Positions 1 to 14,764 of a stretch of DNA of 64,000 nt are shown piece after piece. A program made the position numbers and the translations under genes. The notes below the pieces were generated by a model, which saw nothing but the letters and a program-made list of their open reading frames with translations, made no database searches and had not been told where the DNA came from. Source of the DNA: Eledone cirrhosa (lineage: Eukaryota); NCBI GenBank assembly GCA_964016885.1, contig CAXHJY010000589.1:124001-188000 (forward strand), written 5' to 3'. Numbering within the stretch: the first letter of the stretch is position 1; the number at the start of each line of letters is the position of its first letter.

Positions 1-44
1 TCACACAAAGTAAAACATTTCGTTTTAATCATTTTCTAACCCAG

Positions 45-88
<44 letters not shown>

Positions 89-174
89 GAGAGAAAGAGA
101 GAAAGAGAGAGAAAAATTTTCTTCCTCATAATCGTCTCTTTCTCCCCGTTTTCATATATATATATATGCATGAT

Positions 175-384
175 ATATGCAGACGGATGGTGCAGTGCAC
201 CTTACTGCTGCATTAGTGCGGCCGAAACTCGAGTCCGGGAACCATTATAGGCACCCGTTTTACGTGTGTTGTGTTGAAGCGAATAACTTTGTGTATACTC
301 TGGGAATGTATCTTACATTGTCAATGGAGTACGCTGAGATACAACCGGTCCTGGCATTGATAAATATGCTGGGTCCGTCAACTC

Positions 385-388
<4 letters not shown>
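175..388 (+). mobile_element. TA-inserted element fragment (family H) with HHR 3' half GAAACTCGAGTC; homologue on the minus strand at about 21480-21720
   Basis: Shared TTTACGTGTGTTGT...GAGTACGCTGAGAT.CAACCGGT; palindromic stem III ACTCGAGT. Confidence 0.5.
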
Positions 389-418
<30 letters not shown>

Positions 419-1424
419 ATACAATAACAGAGATAGTTTAAAGCTAAACTCTGACTGGTAACCATCTCACTCAACAAACATTAGGTTATATTTAAATATA
501 AACCCAATTTAAGTGTTTGGGGTGCTAACAATATGTATAATGTGGAAAAACCAGTTGTATTATTTTATGAGATATAATTAAAGTTAAAGTATATCTCTCT
601 TTCCAAACAATTGTTTCATTATAAGTTTTCTACAAGTTGGGAGAATGTTTCCAGTTTATGTAGAAGCCTAATATATATTCATGTAAGAATATATTTAGGT
701 GGGCACTTATAAATCATCAGTGGAAGCCCGTTAAACTTTGATATAAGAAAATAATTTCTTACCGCTGTCAAAAATCGTGTCCGTAAAGTTGCTCCCTCTC
801 GCCTCGAATGACCGCCAAATTTGAAATTCCAGCAGTTTTTGACTGAGGAAGTATCATAGCGACACGAAGTGGGAAGGGGAGACAACCCACGATCCACGAA
901 ATGAGGAAAAAAATAATAATATATACACGCGGGTTAATTAGTTTTTTTGAAAACATTATCAATCCAACGTGTTTAAGAACTCAATTGAAAATAAAAAAAA
1001 TAAATATATGCTTGTACAAACTACATACGCATATAGATATTTTCTTAGGCTAAATCAGAAGTTGTACCCGAATAAGAACCGCTTCTCATATCCGCAGTAA
1101 ATGCAGAAAGATATGTTATAAAGGGCAAATGGGAATATAATTCTCCGGCCGAATTAAGAGTAAAATATAAAACACACGCGGGTTAATTAGTTATTTCAAA
1201 ACCAATATTAATTCCTCGTGTAAAGAACTCAATTAATAAAAGAAAATAAATATATGCATGCAACTATATAGGTAGGCATACATATATATTTTCTTAGGCT
1301 AAAAAACAGAGAAGTTACAACCAAAAAAAGCCACAATATTTCACAACAGTAATAAATACGGAAAGTCAAATTCATTAGGTACCTGGAAATAAACACCTCT
1401 GATATATCTATATTTATACATATA

Positions 1425-1755
1425 CAGTCGTTCCCCGGTATTCTTGGGGATTGCGTTCTTAGTGCACCCGCAAAGACTGAAAAACCGCGAATAATGAACG
1501 TGGTCCATAAAAATGCCTATAAACGTAAAAATATAACATAAAATATAATTTAAAAAAAAGAAGGGAGCGTCTTATGCGAAGGGGTGTCCAATAGGCCAGC
1601 AAATACGGTATATTGTTATTAATTTAGCGTTAAAAAAGTATTGCCACGAAAAAAGACCTTTAAAAAAAATCAAGGAAGATATTTACGATTCTGCGAGTTG
1701 GGTTCTAATGAAAATTCTGCAAATAACTGGGACCGCGAATGCCGGGGGTACATTG
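1425..1755. mobile_element. Tigger/pogo-like MITE; second, truncated copy at 41748-42125
   Basis: TA-CAGTCGTTCCCCGGTATTC ... GAATGCCGGGGGTACATTG-TA terminal inverted repeats. Confidence 0.72.
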
Positions 1756-2040
1756 TAGGGGGTATACTGTAGGGGTATATTGTAGGGGGTATACTGTAGA
1801 GGGGTACACTGTAGGGGGTATATTGTAGGGGGTATACTGTAGGGGGGTATATTGTAGGGGGTATATTGTAGGGGGTATACTATAGGGGGTATATTGTAGG
1901 GGGTACACTGTAGAGGGGTACACTGTAGGGGGTATATTGTAGGGGTATATTGTAGGGGTACACTGTAGGGGGGTATATTGTAGGGAGTATACTGTAGAGG
2001 GGTACACTGTAGGGGGTATACTGTAGGGGGTATACTGTAG
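1745..2040. repeat. G-rich ~16-bp minisatellite grown from the MITE right TIR
   Basis: (GGGGGTATA[C/T]TGTA)n begins within the TIR. Confidence 0.85.
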
Positions 2041-2102
2041 ATAGTGATCTAATTATATATTTGTAAATTATCTATTTTTGCCTTCGTTCTTTTTCTTCTC
2101 GC

Positions 2103-4332
2103 ATGTATATACAGAAATATACATGTATTTACAGAAATATACATGTATATACAGAAATATACACGTATTTACAGAAATATACACGTATTTACAGAAATAT
2201 ACATGTATTTACAGAAATATACACGTATTTACAGAAATATACACGTATTTACAGAAATATACATGTATATACAGAAATATACACGTATTTACAGAAATAT
2301 ACACGTATTTACAGAAATATACACGTATTTACAGAAATATACACGTATTTACAGAAATATACACGTATTTACAGAAATATACACGTATTTACAGAAATAT
2401 ACACGTATATACAGAAATATACAGAAATATACACGTATTTACAGAAATATACATGTATTTACAGAAATATACACGTATTTACAGAAATATACACGTATAT
2501 ACAGAAATATATACGTATTTACAGAAATATACACGTATATACAGAAATATATACGTATTTACAGAAATATACACGTATTTACAGAAATATACACGTATTT
2601 ACAGAAATATACATGTATATACAGAAATATACACGTATTTACAGAAATATACACGTATTTACAGAAATATACATGTATTTACAGAAATATACACGTATTT
2701 ACAGAAATATACACGTATATACAGAAATATACACGTATTTACAGAAATATACACGTATTTACAGAAATATACATGTATATACAGAAATATACACGTATAT
2801 ACAGAAATATATACGTATTTACAGAAATATACACGTATTTACAGAAATATACACGTATTTACAGAAATATACACGTATTTACAGAAATATACACGTATAT
2901 ACAGAAATATACACGTATTTACAGAAATATACACGTATTTACAGAAATATACATGTATTTACAGAAATATACACGTATTTACAGAAATATACACGTATAT
3001 ACAGAAATATACACGTATATACAGAAATATACACGTATATGCAGAAATATACACGTATTTACAGAAATATATACGTATTTACAGAAATATACACGTATTT
3101 ACAGAAATATACACGTATATACAGAAATATACACGTATATACAGAAATATACACGTATATACAGAAATATACACGTATTTACAGAAATATACACGTATTT
3201 ACAGAAATATACACGTATTTACAGAAATATACACGTATTTACAGAAATATACACGTATATACAGAAATATACACGTATTTACAGAAATATACACGTATTT
3301 ACAGAAATATACACGTATTTACAGAAATATACACGTATTTACAGAAATATACACGTATTTACAGAAATATACACGTATATACAGAAATATACACGTATAT
3401 ACAGAAATATACACGTATTTACAGAAATATACACGTATATACAGAAATATACACGTATATGCAGAAATATACACGTATTTACAGAAATATTCACGTATTT
3501 ACAGAAATATACACGTATTTACAGAAATATACACGTATTTACAGAAATATACACGTATTTACAGAAATATACATGTATTTACAGAAATATACACGTATTT
3601 ACAGAAATATACACGTATTTACAGAAATATACATGTATTTACAGAAATATACACGTATTTACAGAAATATACACGTATTTACAGAAATATACACGTATTT
3701 ACAGAAATATACATGTATTTACAGAAATATACACGTATTTACAGAAATATACACTTATTTACAGAAATATACACGTATTTACAGAAATATACACGTATTT
3801 ACAGAAATATACACGTATTTACAGAAATATACACGTATTTACAGAAATATACACGTATATACAGAAATATACACGTATTTACAGAAATATACACGTATTT
3901 ACAGAAATATACACGTATTTACAGAAATATACACGTATTTACAGAAATATACACGTATTTACAGAAATATACACGTATTTACAGAAATATACACTTATTT
4001 ACAGAAATATACACGTATTTACAGAAATATACATGTATTTACAGAAATATACACGTATTTACAGAAATATACACGTATTTACAGAAATATACACGTATTT
4101 ACAGAAATATACACGTATATACAGAAATATACACGTATATGCAGAAATATACACGTATTTACAGAAATATACACGTATTTACAGAAATATACACGTATTT
4201 ACAGAAATATACATGTATATACAGAAATATACACGTATATACAGAAATATATACGTATTTACAGAAATATACACGTATTTACAGAAATATACACGTATTT
4301 ACAGAAATATACACGTATTTACAGAAATATAC
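2103..4332. repeat. 20-bp minisatellite, about 110 copies
   Basis: (ACAGAAATATACACGTATTT)n. Confidence 0.97.
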
Positions 4333-4447
4333 AAAAACAAAAAAAAACGTAAGGAAGTCTTGTACATAGACGCTGGAATATAGGTAAGGAAATGTCTAAT
4401 TGAAACCTTTTGCAACAGTAAGGAAGCAAAACTGTGATAGGTAGGCT

Positions 4448-4645
4448 CAGACCTGCCAAGCTCTAAAAACCAAACGAGGAGTACCATGAAAAGAAGTGCC
4501 CCAAAACGGGGAGAGATGATCAAAATGGGGAGTTTTTTTTACATAATGAAAGCTATACCCATTTTCACAAGAGAAGGCATCTCTCACCCACCCCAAAGTG
4601 AGTAGGAGATCTATCCCCGTCCGACGGGAGGAGTTGACAGGTCTG
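4448..4645. mobile_element. ~200-bp MITE with CAGACCTGCCAA TIRs; copies at 38429-38618 and 38696-39297 (SINE-interrupted)
   Basis: TIRs CAGACCTGCCAA / TTGACAGGTCTG; flanking duplication GTAGGCT. Confidence 0.75.
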
Positions 4646-4680
4646 GTAGGCTCTATGTGGATAAAGATCGTTGGGAAATA

Positions 4681-4890
4681 TAATGGTTTCTGAGTTAGAC
4701 ACAAGGTCAGCAATTTTGGGAGGAGAGAAAAGTTGATTCAATCAACCCCAGTGCATTACTGGTACTTTATTTTATTGACTCGGTAAGGATGAAAGGCAAA
4801 GCTAACCTCGGCGGGATTTGAAGTCAGAACGTAAAGAACTGTACCTCTATGCCGCTAATCATATTGTTCGACGCTCTACCAATCCAATTC
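4681..4890 (-). mobile_element. tRNA-derived SINE; further single copies near 15158, 19146 and 30515 (-) and 22262, 33905, 45452, 53443, 54110 and 54330 (+)
   Basis: Same core and B-box as the clustered copies. Confidence 0.82.
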
Positions 4891-5834
4891 GGAAATATAA
4901 TGCAAATAATAAACTTGGTTGAGAAATTTCTATATTCGAGGTTCAGTTCTTGTTTGTCTATGATTAATGGCAATTCAAACACTGACAACGTCTACAAACC
5001 TCCAAATATAGATAGGACTGAAAATGAAGGAGAATGAAATTATTGAAAATATCGAACATTTTCTCTGAGATTGTTTCTATCATATATAAGAATCCAGGAA
5101 ATAATTCCGAGGATACAGAAACAGGTATTGTAACTAGCTACATCATTTATAATGGCTAAGAAAGTCAACGGGTTGTTGCTTAAAACACAAAAGCAATAGA
5201 CAGAACGGAATATGAAGAGGATGACGTGTTTCAGCTTGTAAAAGACAAACTAGTCTCAATTTAATAAGCACGAAGATTACGTTTGTAAAGAAACAATTGG
5301 GAAACAGGTTTTACAATGTTCTGCGCTGAAATATGCCTGAAAGAATTGATCTGCATGAATTTGATGTAATTAATATTAGTTCTCATCAGTCTGATATAAC
5401 ATATTGGTAGATATTTGGCTGCTACTGTAAATTTTAAGCTTGGCTGTTCGTGAACAGCAACGTACGGCCTATATATAGTTGAAAATACATCGATCCTTTC
5501 AAGTCCCATATTATGAAACTATTCAACATTGGCTATGATGATCAATCTATTTCATTTAGCCCCGGTCGAAAGTTAGAAGGGTTAAAGGAAAAAATAATTA
5601 ACCCCGACTTGATCTCCTGTCCGAAATTGAAATTCGTCCAGAAATGACAATATTTGAAATGGAGACTGCAATATATTTTTCGAACAGGTCCCTCTACCTA
5701 AAGCCTGGACGCGTCCCTTTTTAACCTGTATGAAGGACGGCACGGTATGGTGTTTCTTTGTTTTCTTCATTATATTGTAGTTTCAGTTTTGGTGGTCTTA
5801 TTCGCGCAAGTCACCAATCTGGCACTTAGTCAAA

Positions 5835-6068
5835 CACGCGAAGGAAAGAATCGCTGGACAGATTTTACGGGCCAAACCAACCAGCAAGAGGACCAGGGGT
5901 AGACCCCGAGCAAGATGGTTACATAACATCCATGAGCTTGTTTGGTCATGCTTGGGGATCAAGCCGGAGCAGTTGGCGGTGGTTGCTTCTGACAGAACCC
6001 GTTGGAAGGAGTTTGAGGACTTTTCCCTGCCCCACAACCATCTCAGGAATACGTGGGCAAAGAAGAAT
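5835..6068 (+). mobile_element. RTE-clade LINE 3' fragment; related pieces near 37250-37410 (-), 49630-49790 (+) and 54642-54732 (+)
   Basis: KERIAGQILRAKPTSKRTRGRPRARWLHNI...DRTRWK, the G-x-R-x-RGRP-x-x-RW tail typical of RTE ORFs. Confidence 0.72.
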
Positions 6069-6950
6069 TACAATACTTATGACTAAAATTCAAAAATGGC
6101 CAAACAACTACATTTTCACCATCTTTAGGAAGCAGTGGACCAAATATGCTTTCCATTGCGTGCTTCTTTGTTTGTTAAAAAAGCCGAGCTTCAGAATCAT
6201 TTCAAGAGGATCATCCGCCTTATATAAAATGTGTACTAAGTGTTACCAAAAGTAAAAGATGAAAAGCAAATTCAATTAAAACCACTTAGAAGACATCTGG
6301 GTGCCTACTCACAAATAAATGGCATTTTAATAGCAACAAAGAAAATATGAAAAAGGTTTGCATAGTGTACACAAGTTAGGAATAAGGAAACGTTTTTTTT
6401 TTTTAGTTCTAAAAAATTCTCAGAACTTCGTCTTTAAGTATTTGTCGAAATTTTAAAAAGTGTTTCAAATTCAACAAAAAAGCATTGCTCTACATTTTGA
6501 TCCTTATCTCGTAGAGTTTGACGCTGGCATCAAACTCTACGCACACATACACGCAGATACACACACGCGTGTGTGTGTGTGTGTGTGGTGTGTGGTGTGT
6601 GGTGTGTGTGTGTGTATATTTATATATATATATATATATACATATATACATACACACATACATATATAGATAGATACACATATGTACATATATACATATA
6701 TAGATAAAGATAAATATACATACACATATATGTACATATATACATATATAGATAAAGATAAATATACATACACATATATGTACATATATATAAATAAATA
6801 TATATACATATAAGTGTGTATAACTACTTGCCCCAGTTTGGCTGGCTGACAAGCAAAAATGCGTTCTACTTGAGAACTAATTAGTTCACAGTAGGATGGG
6901 CATCAAACAATAGATGGAAACAAGAATAAACCCACGTATTCGGTTATGTA

Positions 6951-7002
<52 letters not shown>

Positions 7003-7419
7003 GTGTGTATAATACAGTAAGTGCTGCAACTTAATTTGACAGCACCATAAATATATGCATGTATGTGTGTATACTGATATATGTGTATGTGTGGTGTGGT
7101 GTGGTGTGGTGTGGTGTGGTGTGGTGTGGTGTGGTGTGGTGTGGTGTGGTGTGGTGTGGTGTGGTGTGGTGTGTCTGTGTCTGTGTCTCTGTGTCTCTGT
7201 GTGTGTGTGTGTGTGTGTGTATGTGTCTGTGTGTGTGTGTCTGTGTGTATGTGTCTGTGTGTGTGTGTCTGTGTGTCTGTCTGTGTGTCTGTCTGTGTGT
7301 GTGTGTGTGTGTACTTGCCCGCGCACCCACACCTTCATACACTTATATAGTTAATATACTCACCAAACTAAGTACAATTGCACGCACGCGGTGAGTATTC
7401 AATGTATGTAGTAGAGTGA

Positions 7420-8630
7420 TTATTGTTCGAAGCGGATTCAGGGTTGGAGGCCATGCTTTGAAACATGGAGTTATGGCCCTTTACGATCTGAGTTCAAATC
7501 CCGCTGAGGTTAACTTTGCCTTTCATCCTTACGGGGGTCGATAAAATAAAGTACCAGTAATGCAGTGGGGTAATTGCTGGCCTTGTGCCTAAAGTAGAAA
7601 CAATTATTACCCAGTTTCTTGTATATCTATGATTTGGGGGCAGCAAAATGAAGGATGAAAAGGCTTCATTAGTTTACAAAGGTACCAAAGATGATATATA
7701 TTAGTTAAGTAAAGATTCATTGGCAGTATCGGTAGAGGGTCGGACGCCATGCTTTCCAGCATAGTTACGTCCCTTTACAATCTGAGTTCAAATCCCGCCG
7801 AGGTTAACTTTGCCTTTCATCCTTACGGGGGTCGATAAAATAAAGTACCAGTAATGCACTGGGGTAATTGCTGGCCCCTTGTGCCTAAAGTAGAAACAAT
7901 TATTACCCAGTTTCTTGTATATCTATGATTTGGGGGCAGCAAAATGAAGGATGAAAAGGCTTCATTAGTTTACAAAGGTACCAAAGATGATATATATTAG
8001 TTAAGTAAAGATTCATTGGCAGTATCGGTAGAGGGTCGGACGCCATGCTTTCCAGCATAGTTACGTCCCTTTACGATCTGAGTTCAAATCCCGCCGAGGT
8101 TGACTTTGCCTTTCATCCTTACGGGGTCGATAAAATAAAAAGTACCAGTAATGCACTGGGTAATTGCTGGCCTTGTGCCTAAAGTAGAAACAAGTATTTT
8201 AATGTTGATAGGAGTAGTTTATAAAAAAAAGATATCTAGAAAGTTAGTGTTTCGAGGTTGATGTTGGTGATTTTTAAATCGAATTTCTTGAAAAATAACT
8301 GTTTCTACTTTATTTTATCGACCCTGTAAGGATGAAATGCAAAGTTAACCTCGACGAGATTTGAACTCAGACCATAAAGAAACGTAACTATGCTAGAAAG
8401 CATAGCATCCAACCCTCTACCGATACTGCCAAGAATAAATAATTGTTTCTACGTTAGGCACAAGGCCAGCAATTACCCAGTGCATTACTGGTACTTTATT
8501 TTATCGACTCCGTAAGGATGAAAGGCAAAGTCAACCTCGGCGGGATTTGAACTCGGATCGTAAAGGGATGTAACTATGCTGGAAAGTATGGCGTCCGACC
8601 CTCTACCGATACTGCCAATCCACCGCCCTT
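7420..8630. mobile_element. Cluster of five tRNA-derived SINE copies (three +, two -), partly from a ~297-bp tandem duplication
   Basis: A-box-like TGGCAGTATCGG, B-box GTTCAAATCCC, core GCCTTTCATCCTTACGGGGTCGATAAAATAAAGTACCAG. A 17-bp TSD ATTTCTTGAAAAATAAC flanks the minus pair. Confidence 0.88.
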
Positions 8631-9554
8631 ATTTCTTGAAAAATAACATCCTTATTACTTCTTGTCTGAATGTGTACACATTGTTGCCATTCATATTATG
8701 GGAAGTGGCTAGACAGTCATCCGTTTATGATTCTATACTATGGGAACTTAACGTTTTTCTTATTATATCAAAAATATACAGACCAAATAATTCGCACACT
8801 TCAGCTCCATCGAAACTCCCATGGACACATCGAAAAGTTCATCATCCGCCTTAATGATCCAAATTTAATCGCCATGAAACAAGTGCGACCTTATAGCTTT
8901 CTTAATTATTCTGATTCCAGTCCCGCTAAATGTAATGAATATTTACCCAAATTTCTAGAAACAATATTTAGAAACGAGTAGAAAAGTTCACTATACCGGA
9001 TTGGATGAATTTGTAAAGTGTTTTGTTTTTTATTCTTTTAAGCTACTTAATTACAGCTCTGCGGCAGTTCCACTGGGCTAAATTTGAGGTATAACTTACC
9101 GTTATATCAAAAGAAACGAGGGTCTATTTGGGAATTCCTCACAATTTAGTTTTGGATGGGGTTTATTAATTTATGTTTTAATTAGATAAAAATTTGTCTT
9201 CGTGGTCTTTTAAGGTGGGATATGGTTTCGCATATCAGAAATTTCCTGCGGGTTTAATTGGAACTCAGGTATTTTTGCCTCGGCATTAATAATGTTGTAA
9301 GTATTAGCGCTTGTCTTCTTTTTGGGGGGTGGGTGGGTGTAGATACCTTATCTGACAGGGATTACAATATGCAGAGTTGTTTAGTTTGTATATGTATCTT
9401 TTCTTTTTTTCTACAAGTTTGTGGATATTAAAGGAATGTCTAAGATTTAATGTGTTCATTTAGAAAGTTCTGGAAGTGTGATAAGAGAATAGTTTTACAG
9501 GTCTTTATTGTGAGGGGAAATTTTCGTGATCTGGAACCGACCGTACTGATTACG

Positions 9555-10905
9555 CATAGACACACAGACACACACATACACACACACAGACAAACACACA
9601 CACACAGACACACACACACACACACACAGACACACAGACACACACACACACACACACAGACACACAGACACACACAGACACACACACACAGACACACACA
9701 CACACAGACACACACACACAGACACACAGACACACACAGACACACACAGACACACAGACACACAGACACAGACACAGACACACACAGACACACAGACACA
9801 CAGACAGACACACACACAGACACACAGACACACACACACAGACACACAGACAGACACACACACAGACACACACACACAGACACACACACAGACACACAGA
9901 CACAGACACACAGACACACACACAGACACACAGACACACAGACACACACACACAGACACACACAGACACACACACACACACACACACAGACACACACACA
10001 CACAGACACACACAGACACACACACACAGACGCGCACACACAAACACACACACACACAGACGCGCGCACACACGCACGCACACACACACACACAGACACA
10101 CACACACACACAGACACACACACAGACAGACACACACACACAGACACACACACACAGACACACACACAGACAGACACACACACCTCTCTCCATTTCACTA
10201 GTTGATGAAAATGATCAACTGCAGTTGCTTATGCAACATAATTATACAGCACAACAACAACAACTAAGGAATCAGCGACAACAATTGCAACTACCACACA
10301 ACAGCAACTACCACAACAACAACAACAACTAAGGAATCAGCGACAACAACAGCAACTACCACACAACAGCAACTACAACGACAGCAACAACAGCAACTAC
10401 CACAACAGCAACTACAACGACAGCAACAACAGCAACTACCACAACAGCAACTACAACGACAGCAACAACAGCAACTACCACAACAGCAACTACAACGACA
10501 GCAACAACAGCAACTACAACGACAGCAACAACAGCAACTACCACAACAGCAACTACAACGACAGCAACAACAGCAACTACCACAACAAACAACATCAATA
10601 ACAACAGCAACTACCACAACAGCAACATCACCAACAACAGCAACAACAACAGCAACATCAACAACAACAGCAACATCAACAACAACAGCAACAACAACAG
10701 CAACATCAACAACCACAACAGCAACATCAACAACCACAACATCAACCACAACAGCAACTACCACAACAGCAACTACCACAACAGCAACTACCACAACAGC
10801 AACAACGACAACGACAACGACGACGACGACGACGACAACGACAACGACAACAACAACAACAGCAACAGCAACTACCACAACAACAACAACAACAACAACA
10901 ACAAC
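9555..10905. repeat. (CA/CAGA)n tract followed by (CAA/CAG)n compound trinucleotide tract
   Basis: Read directly from the sequence. Confidence 0.95.
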
Positions 10906-11142
10906 ACGCCTTAGTCCACAGTTATGGACTTTTCCATTGTATTTGATTTTGTTTCTTTTATCTCTTTTATCTCATTTCTCTCCACTCCTGTCATTAACTC
11001 ACCTGAACCACACCTCTCCACATATCTACTTATAACATCTACCTAGCCTAGTCACCACCCCCAACTTCTACCCACTTACCTATCTATCCACCCGCCCGTC
11101 ACTTCGACTGTGTGTCTGTTTGTCTATCTACTTATCTATACA

Positions 11143-11240
<98 letters not shown>

Positions 11241-11361
11241 AGGTGAGTTTTATTGTAGTACAATAAAGCAATGCAGATATCGGATAAGAAGCACTCTACA
11301 GTTTGTTGATTTAAAACTGCACTATCCACAAGTGTTTTTTAGCCTTCATATCATGTTCTCC

Positions 11362-11432
11362 TGTTTTATCTGATGAAAACACAAATATTATTGCATGATG
11401 ATGTTTGTTTTTGAAATGCGCATAATAAAATA
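11362..11432 (+). ncRNA. Type I hammerhead ribozyme (family B) in a TA-inserted element at about 11238-11465
   Basis: TGTTTTAT-CTGATGA-AAAC...long A/U stem II...GTTTTT-GAA-ATGCGCAT-A-ATAAAATA; palindromic stem III; AUA triplet. Confidence 0.8.
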
Positions 11433-11460
11433 CAAGGAACTCCTTTAACCATCTTTTGAT

Positions 11461-11511
<51 letters not shown>

Positions 11512-11604
11512 GAAGTAATTCCGTCGGAAAAGTCCAGGAAAAAAGAGTGCTCTATGTAGGTAACAGAGCTTAATAGTTATGTAATGAACAACATAAGGCA
11601 ATTA

Positions 11605-11665
11605 TTTCATTTACCAGTGGTTTCTTAAAAGCAAAAACATTTTGCTTTCAATCATCAGAATGAAA
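11605..11665 (-). ncRNA. Type I hammerhead ribozyme (family C)
   Basis: Minus strand TTTCATT-CTGATGA-TTGAAAGCAAAA(TGT)TTTTGCTTTTAA-GAA-ACC(ACT)GGT-A-AATGAAA; GUA triplet. Confidence 0.85.
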
Positions 11666-11728
11666 AAATGCAATCTATGATTGCATTTTTGTTTTTAAAA
11701 TCCAAAGTCAATAAATACGCCAGGATTT

Positions 11729-11789
11729 TTTCATTCTGATGATTGAAAGCAAAATGTTTTTGTTTTTAAGAAACCACTGGTAAATGAAA
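11729..11789 (+). ncRNA. Type I hammerhead ribozyme (family C, inverted partner of 11605-11665)
   Basis: TTTCATT-CTGATGA-TTGAAAGCAAAATGTTTTTGTTTTTAA-GAAACCACTGGTA-AATGAAA. Confidence 0.85.
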
Positions 11790-12847
11790 TAATTGCCTTA
11801 TGTTGTTTATTACATAACTATATATATATATATATATATATAACAAAGGAATTGTGGTAAGGAACCAGTTGGACCATAACGCACCAGAGTACTCAATACT
11901 TAGGGTAGTAGAGTGGGAAATAGGAAAAAAATATATACATATATAGGGGTTATATACATACATCGGTAGGGGTTCTCCTACATGGATATAAAGTAGTGGC
12001 CATACTCGAAAACGAGTTGGCAGCCACCATGTATGTATGTATGTATGTATGTCTCTTAATTTCGAGTACATTTTTTTTGACCGGCCACCTTCCTGGTGGC
12101 AAGGTTGTAAAAGAAAAGAAATTGTCATCCCTTGAATCGCAAGAATGTTTTGCAAATTTTGAAGGTGCCAGCTATCGCAGCCATTTGTAGACTATGAATT
12201 AGGGAGCTGCGCTATGTATGTATGTATGTATGTATGTATGTATGTATGTATGTTCTTCCGAAAGTGTGTAAATATGTATATACACATGTACCGCGCGGTT
12301 AAACCACTGGGAGTAAAGGACCCCTAGCCTTTGTCAGGGCATTCTTCTAGGAGAAGGCAACTCAGGTAACTGGGATAACTCTGATATAAAACCTGCGGCT
12401 CAGTAGTTACCGATGATGTTGATCTTTTCCTCTTTTCGGGTTATAGCTATTGTCGCTCAGAGAGTGGGATTGGCTCAGTGCACAGTCTTTCATTACTTTA
12501 AAAAATATCTTCACGCACAGGCATTGCACGATAGAATTAATAAATAATTATTAATAATGGTATATCGTGCAATGACCATACTCGATAATGAGGGGGAAGC
12601 CATCATGTATGTATGTATGTATGTATCTGTCCGTGCATCTATCTGTCTTTCTACAAACCTATCCATCCATCGTCCCAACTTTCAACCCATACATCTCTCC
12701 GCCACACTAAACCAACAATAAAACATGACGTACACCGTTTCGAACAAATTTTATTTCGTTTGATTTTACTTCGTTTTAATCTATTTTATCTCCCTTTCTT
12801 TCTTGGAACAACACACAACAGCAAAACCTACAATAACAGTATTAACC

Positions 12848-13611
12848 TCTACAACGTACGTATTCTTGTTGGCAAACGTACAATAACGTCTACAACGTAC
12901 GTATTCATGTTGGCAAACGTACAATAACGTCTACAACGTACGTATTTTTGTTAGCAAACGTACAATAATGTCTACAACGTACGTATTCTTGTTGGAAAAC
13001 GTACAATAACGTCTACAACGTACGTATTTTTGTTAGCAAACGTACAATAATGTCTACAACGTACGTATTTTTGTTAGCAAACGTACAATAACGTCTACAA
13101 CGTACGTATTCTTGTTGGCAAACGTACTATAACGTCTACAACGTACCTATTTTTGTTAGCAAACGTACAATAACGTCTACAACGTACGTATGTTTGTTAG
13201 CAAACGTACAATAATGTCTACAACGTACGTATTTTTAATCGCAAACGTACAATAACGTCTACAACGTACGTATTTTTGTTCGCAAACGTACAATAACGTC
13301 TACAACGTACGTATGTTTGTTAGCAAACGCACAATAACGTGTTCAACGTAATGTTTTTGTTAGCAAACGTACAATAACGTCTACAACGTACGTATTTTTG
13401 TTCGCAAACGTACAATAAAGTCTACAACGCACAATAACGTCTACAACGTACGTATTTTTGTTCGCAAACGTACAATAAAGTCTACAACGCACAATAACGT
13501 CTACAACGTACGTATTTTTGTTAGCAGACGTACAATAACGTGTTCAATGTACGTATTTTTGTTAGCAGACGTACAATAACGTGTTCAATGTACGTATTTT
13601 TGTTAGCAAAC
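12848..13611. repeat. 41-bp minisatellite, about 18 copies
   Basis: (TCTACAACGTACGTATTTTTGTTAGCAAACGTACAATAACG)n. Confidence 0.95.
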
Positions 13612-14307
13612 TTGAAATAGTAATTTCATAAATTTCAGAGGTTACCCGACACCCTTCCTTCCGAATGCGAATAAATTGCTTGCAAGGTTTAGCAGAGATA
13701 AGCCAAGTGCATTGTCGGACACGCTTCTCCTTCTCTCACTAAATAAACACACGTGTGTTTGTGTGTGTGTGTACGTGTGTCTATATGTACGTGTGTATAT
13801 ATATTACCTATTCACTCTTTTTTCCTTTAACGCTGTCCATCACTCTTTCTACACCCTGCCCCCCCCCCTCTCTCCACCTTTCTATCTCTAATTCTCATTA
13901 TCTCGTGACATTTCGCTGTTACGAATGGAATTTACCGGATGTATAGTTTGGTAATCTAGAAAAAGTAATAATGAAAGGAAAATAAATATATACAACACAC
14001 ACACACCTACACCCACCCCTACACACACTCACACCTACACACCCACCCCTACACACACACCTACACACACATTCACACATACACACACCTACACACACAC
14101 ACTCACACCTACACACACAAACCCCTACACACGCACACACCCCTACACACACACCCCTATACACACCCCTACACACACCTACACCTACACCTACACACAC
14201 ACGTACATTTATTTACGTGCGTGTGTTTGGATGTATTTGTATCTATAGACAAGTGAAATATGTTCCTGTATGAAATAAAAGAGGGCAAAGATCCTACTTT
14301 AATCACG

Positions 14308-14604
14308 TATGATCATGGGCTTTGCGCCTAGAAAGTTCCCCTCCGAGGCCCAAGTCCGAGCAAGATTGTTTGTGGAAAGCCAGACTCCCTTCTGCACACC
14401 ACCGATGTTGTCCAAGGGAAATGGTAAATGCCGATACAGCTTGGCACCAGTGACTTCGCAGTTTATTTCTACAGTTAAGTCAACTGGGGCAACGTGGAAT
14501 ATAGAGTTTTGCTCGAGAACACAACACAGCCCAGTCCGAGGATCGAACTTACAACCTCATGAGTGTAAACCCAACGCTCTAACCACTAAGCCACGCGCCT
14601 TCAC
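14308..14604 (-). mobile_element. Second tRNA-derived SINE family
   Basis: Minus strand begins GTGAAGGCGCGTGGCTTAGTGGTTAGAGCG (A-box) ... GTTCGATCC (B-box). Confidence 0.75.
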
Positions 14605-14764
14605 ATAATATCTACATATAACCATACATATAAATACATACATATAAATACATACATATAAATACATACATAACCATACATATAAATACATACATATAAC
14701 CATACATCCATACATATAAATACATACAATTACTTCCCCCAATAAAAAGACGAAAATGAAAAGA

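Noticed and set aside
2078-4383. Three 746-763 aa ORFs
   Set aside because: All three + frames are open only because the 20-bp satellite unit lacks stop codons; this is not a gene.
10250-10905. Possible polyQ/polyT coding exon
   Set aside because: Pure CAA/CAG repeat with no flanking coding signal or splice evidence.
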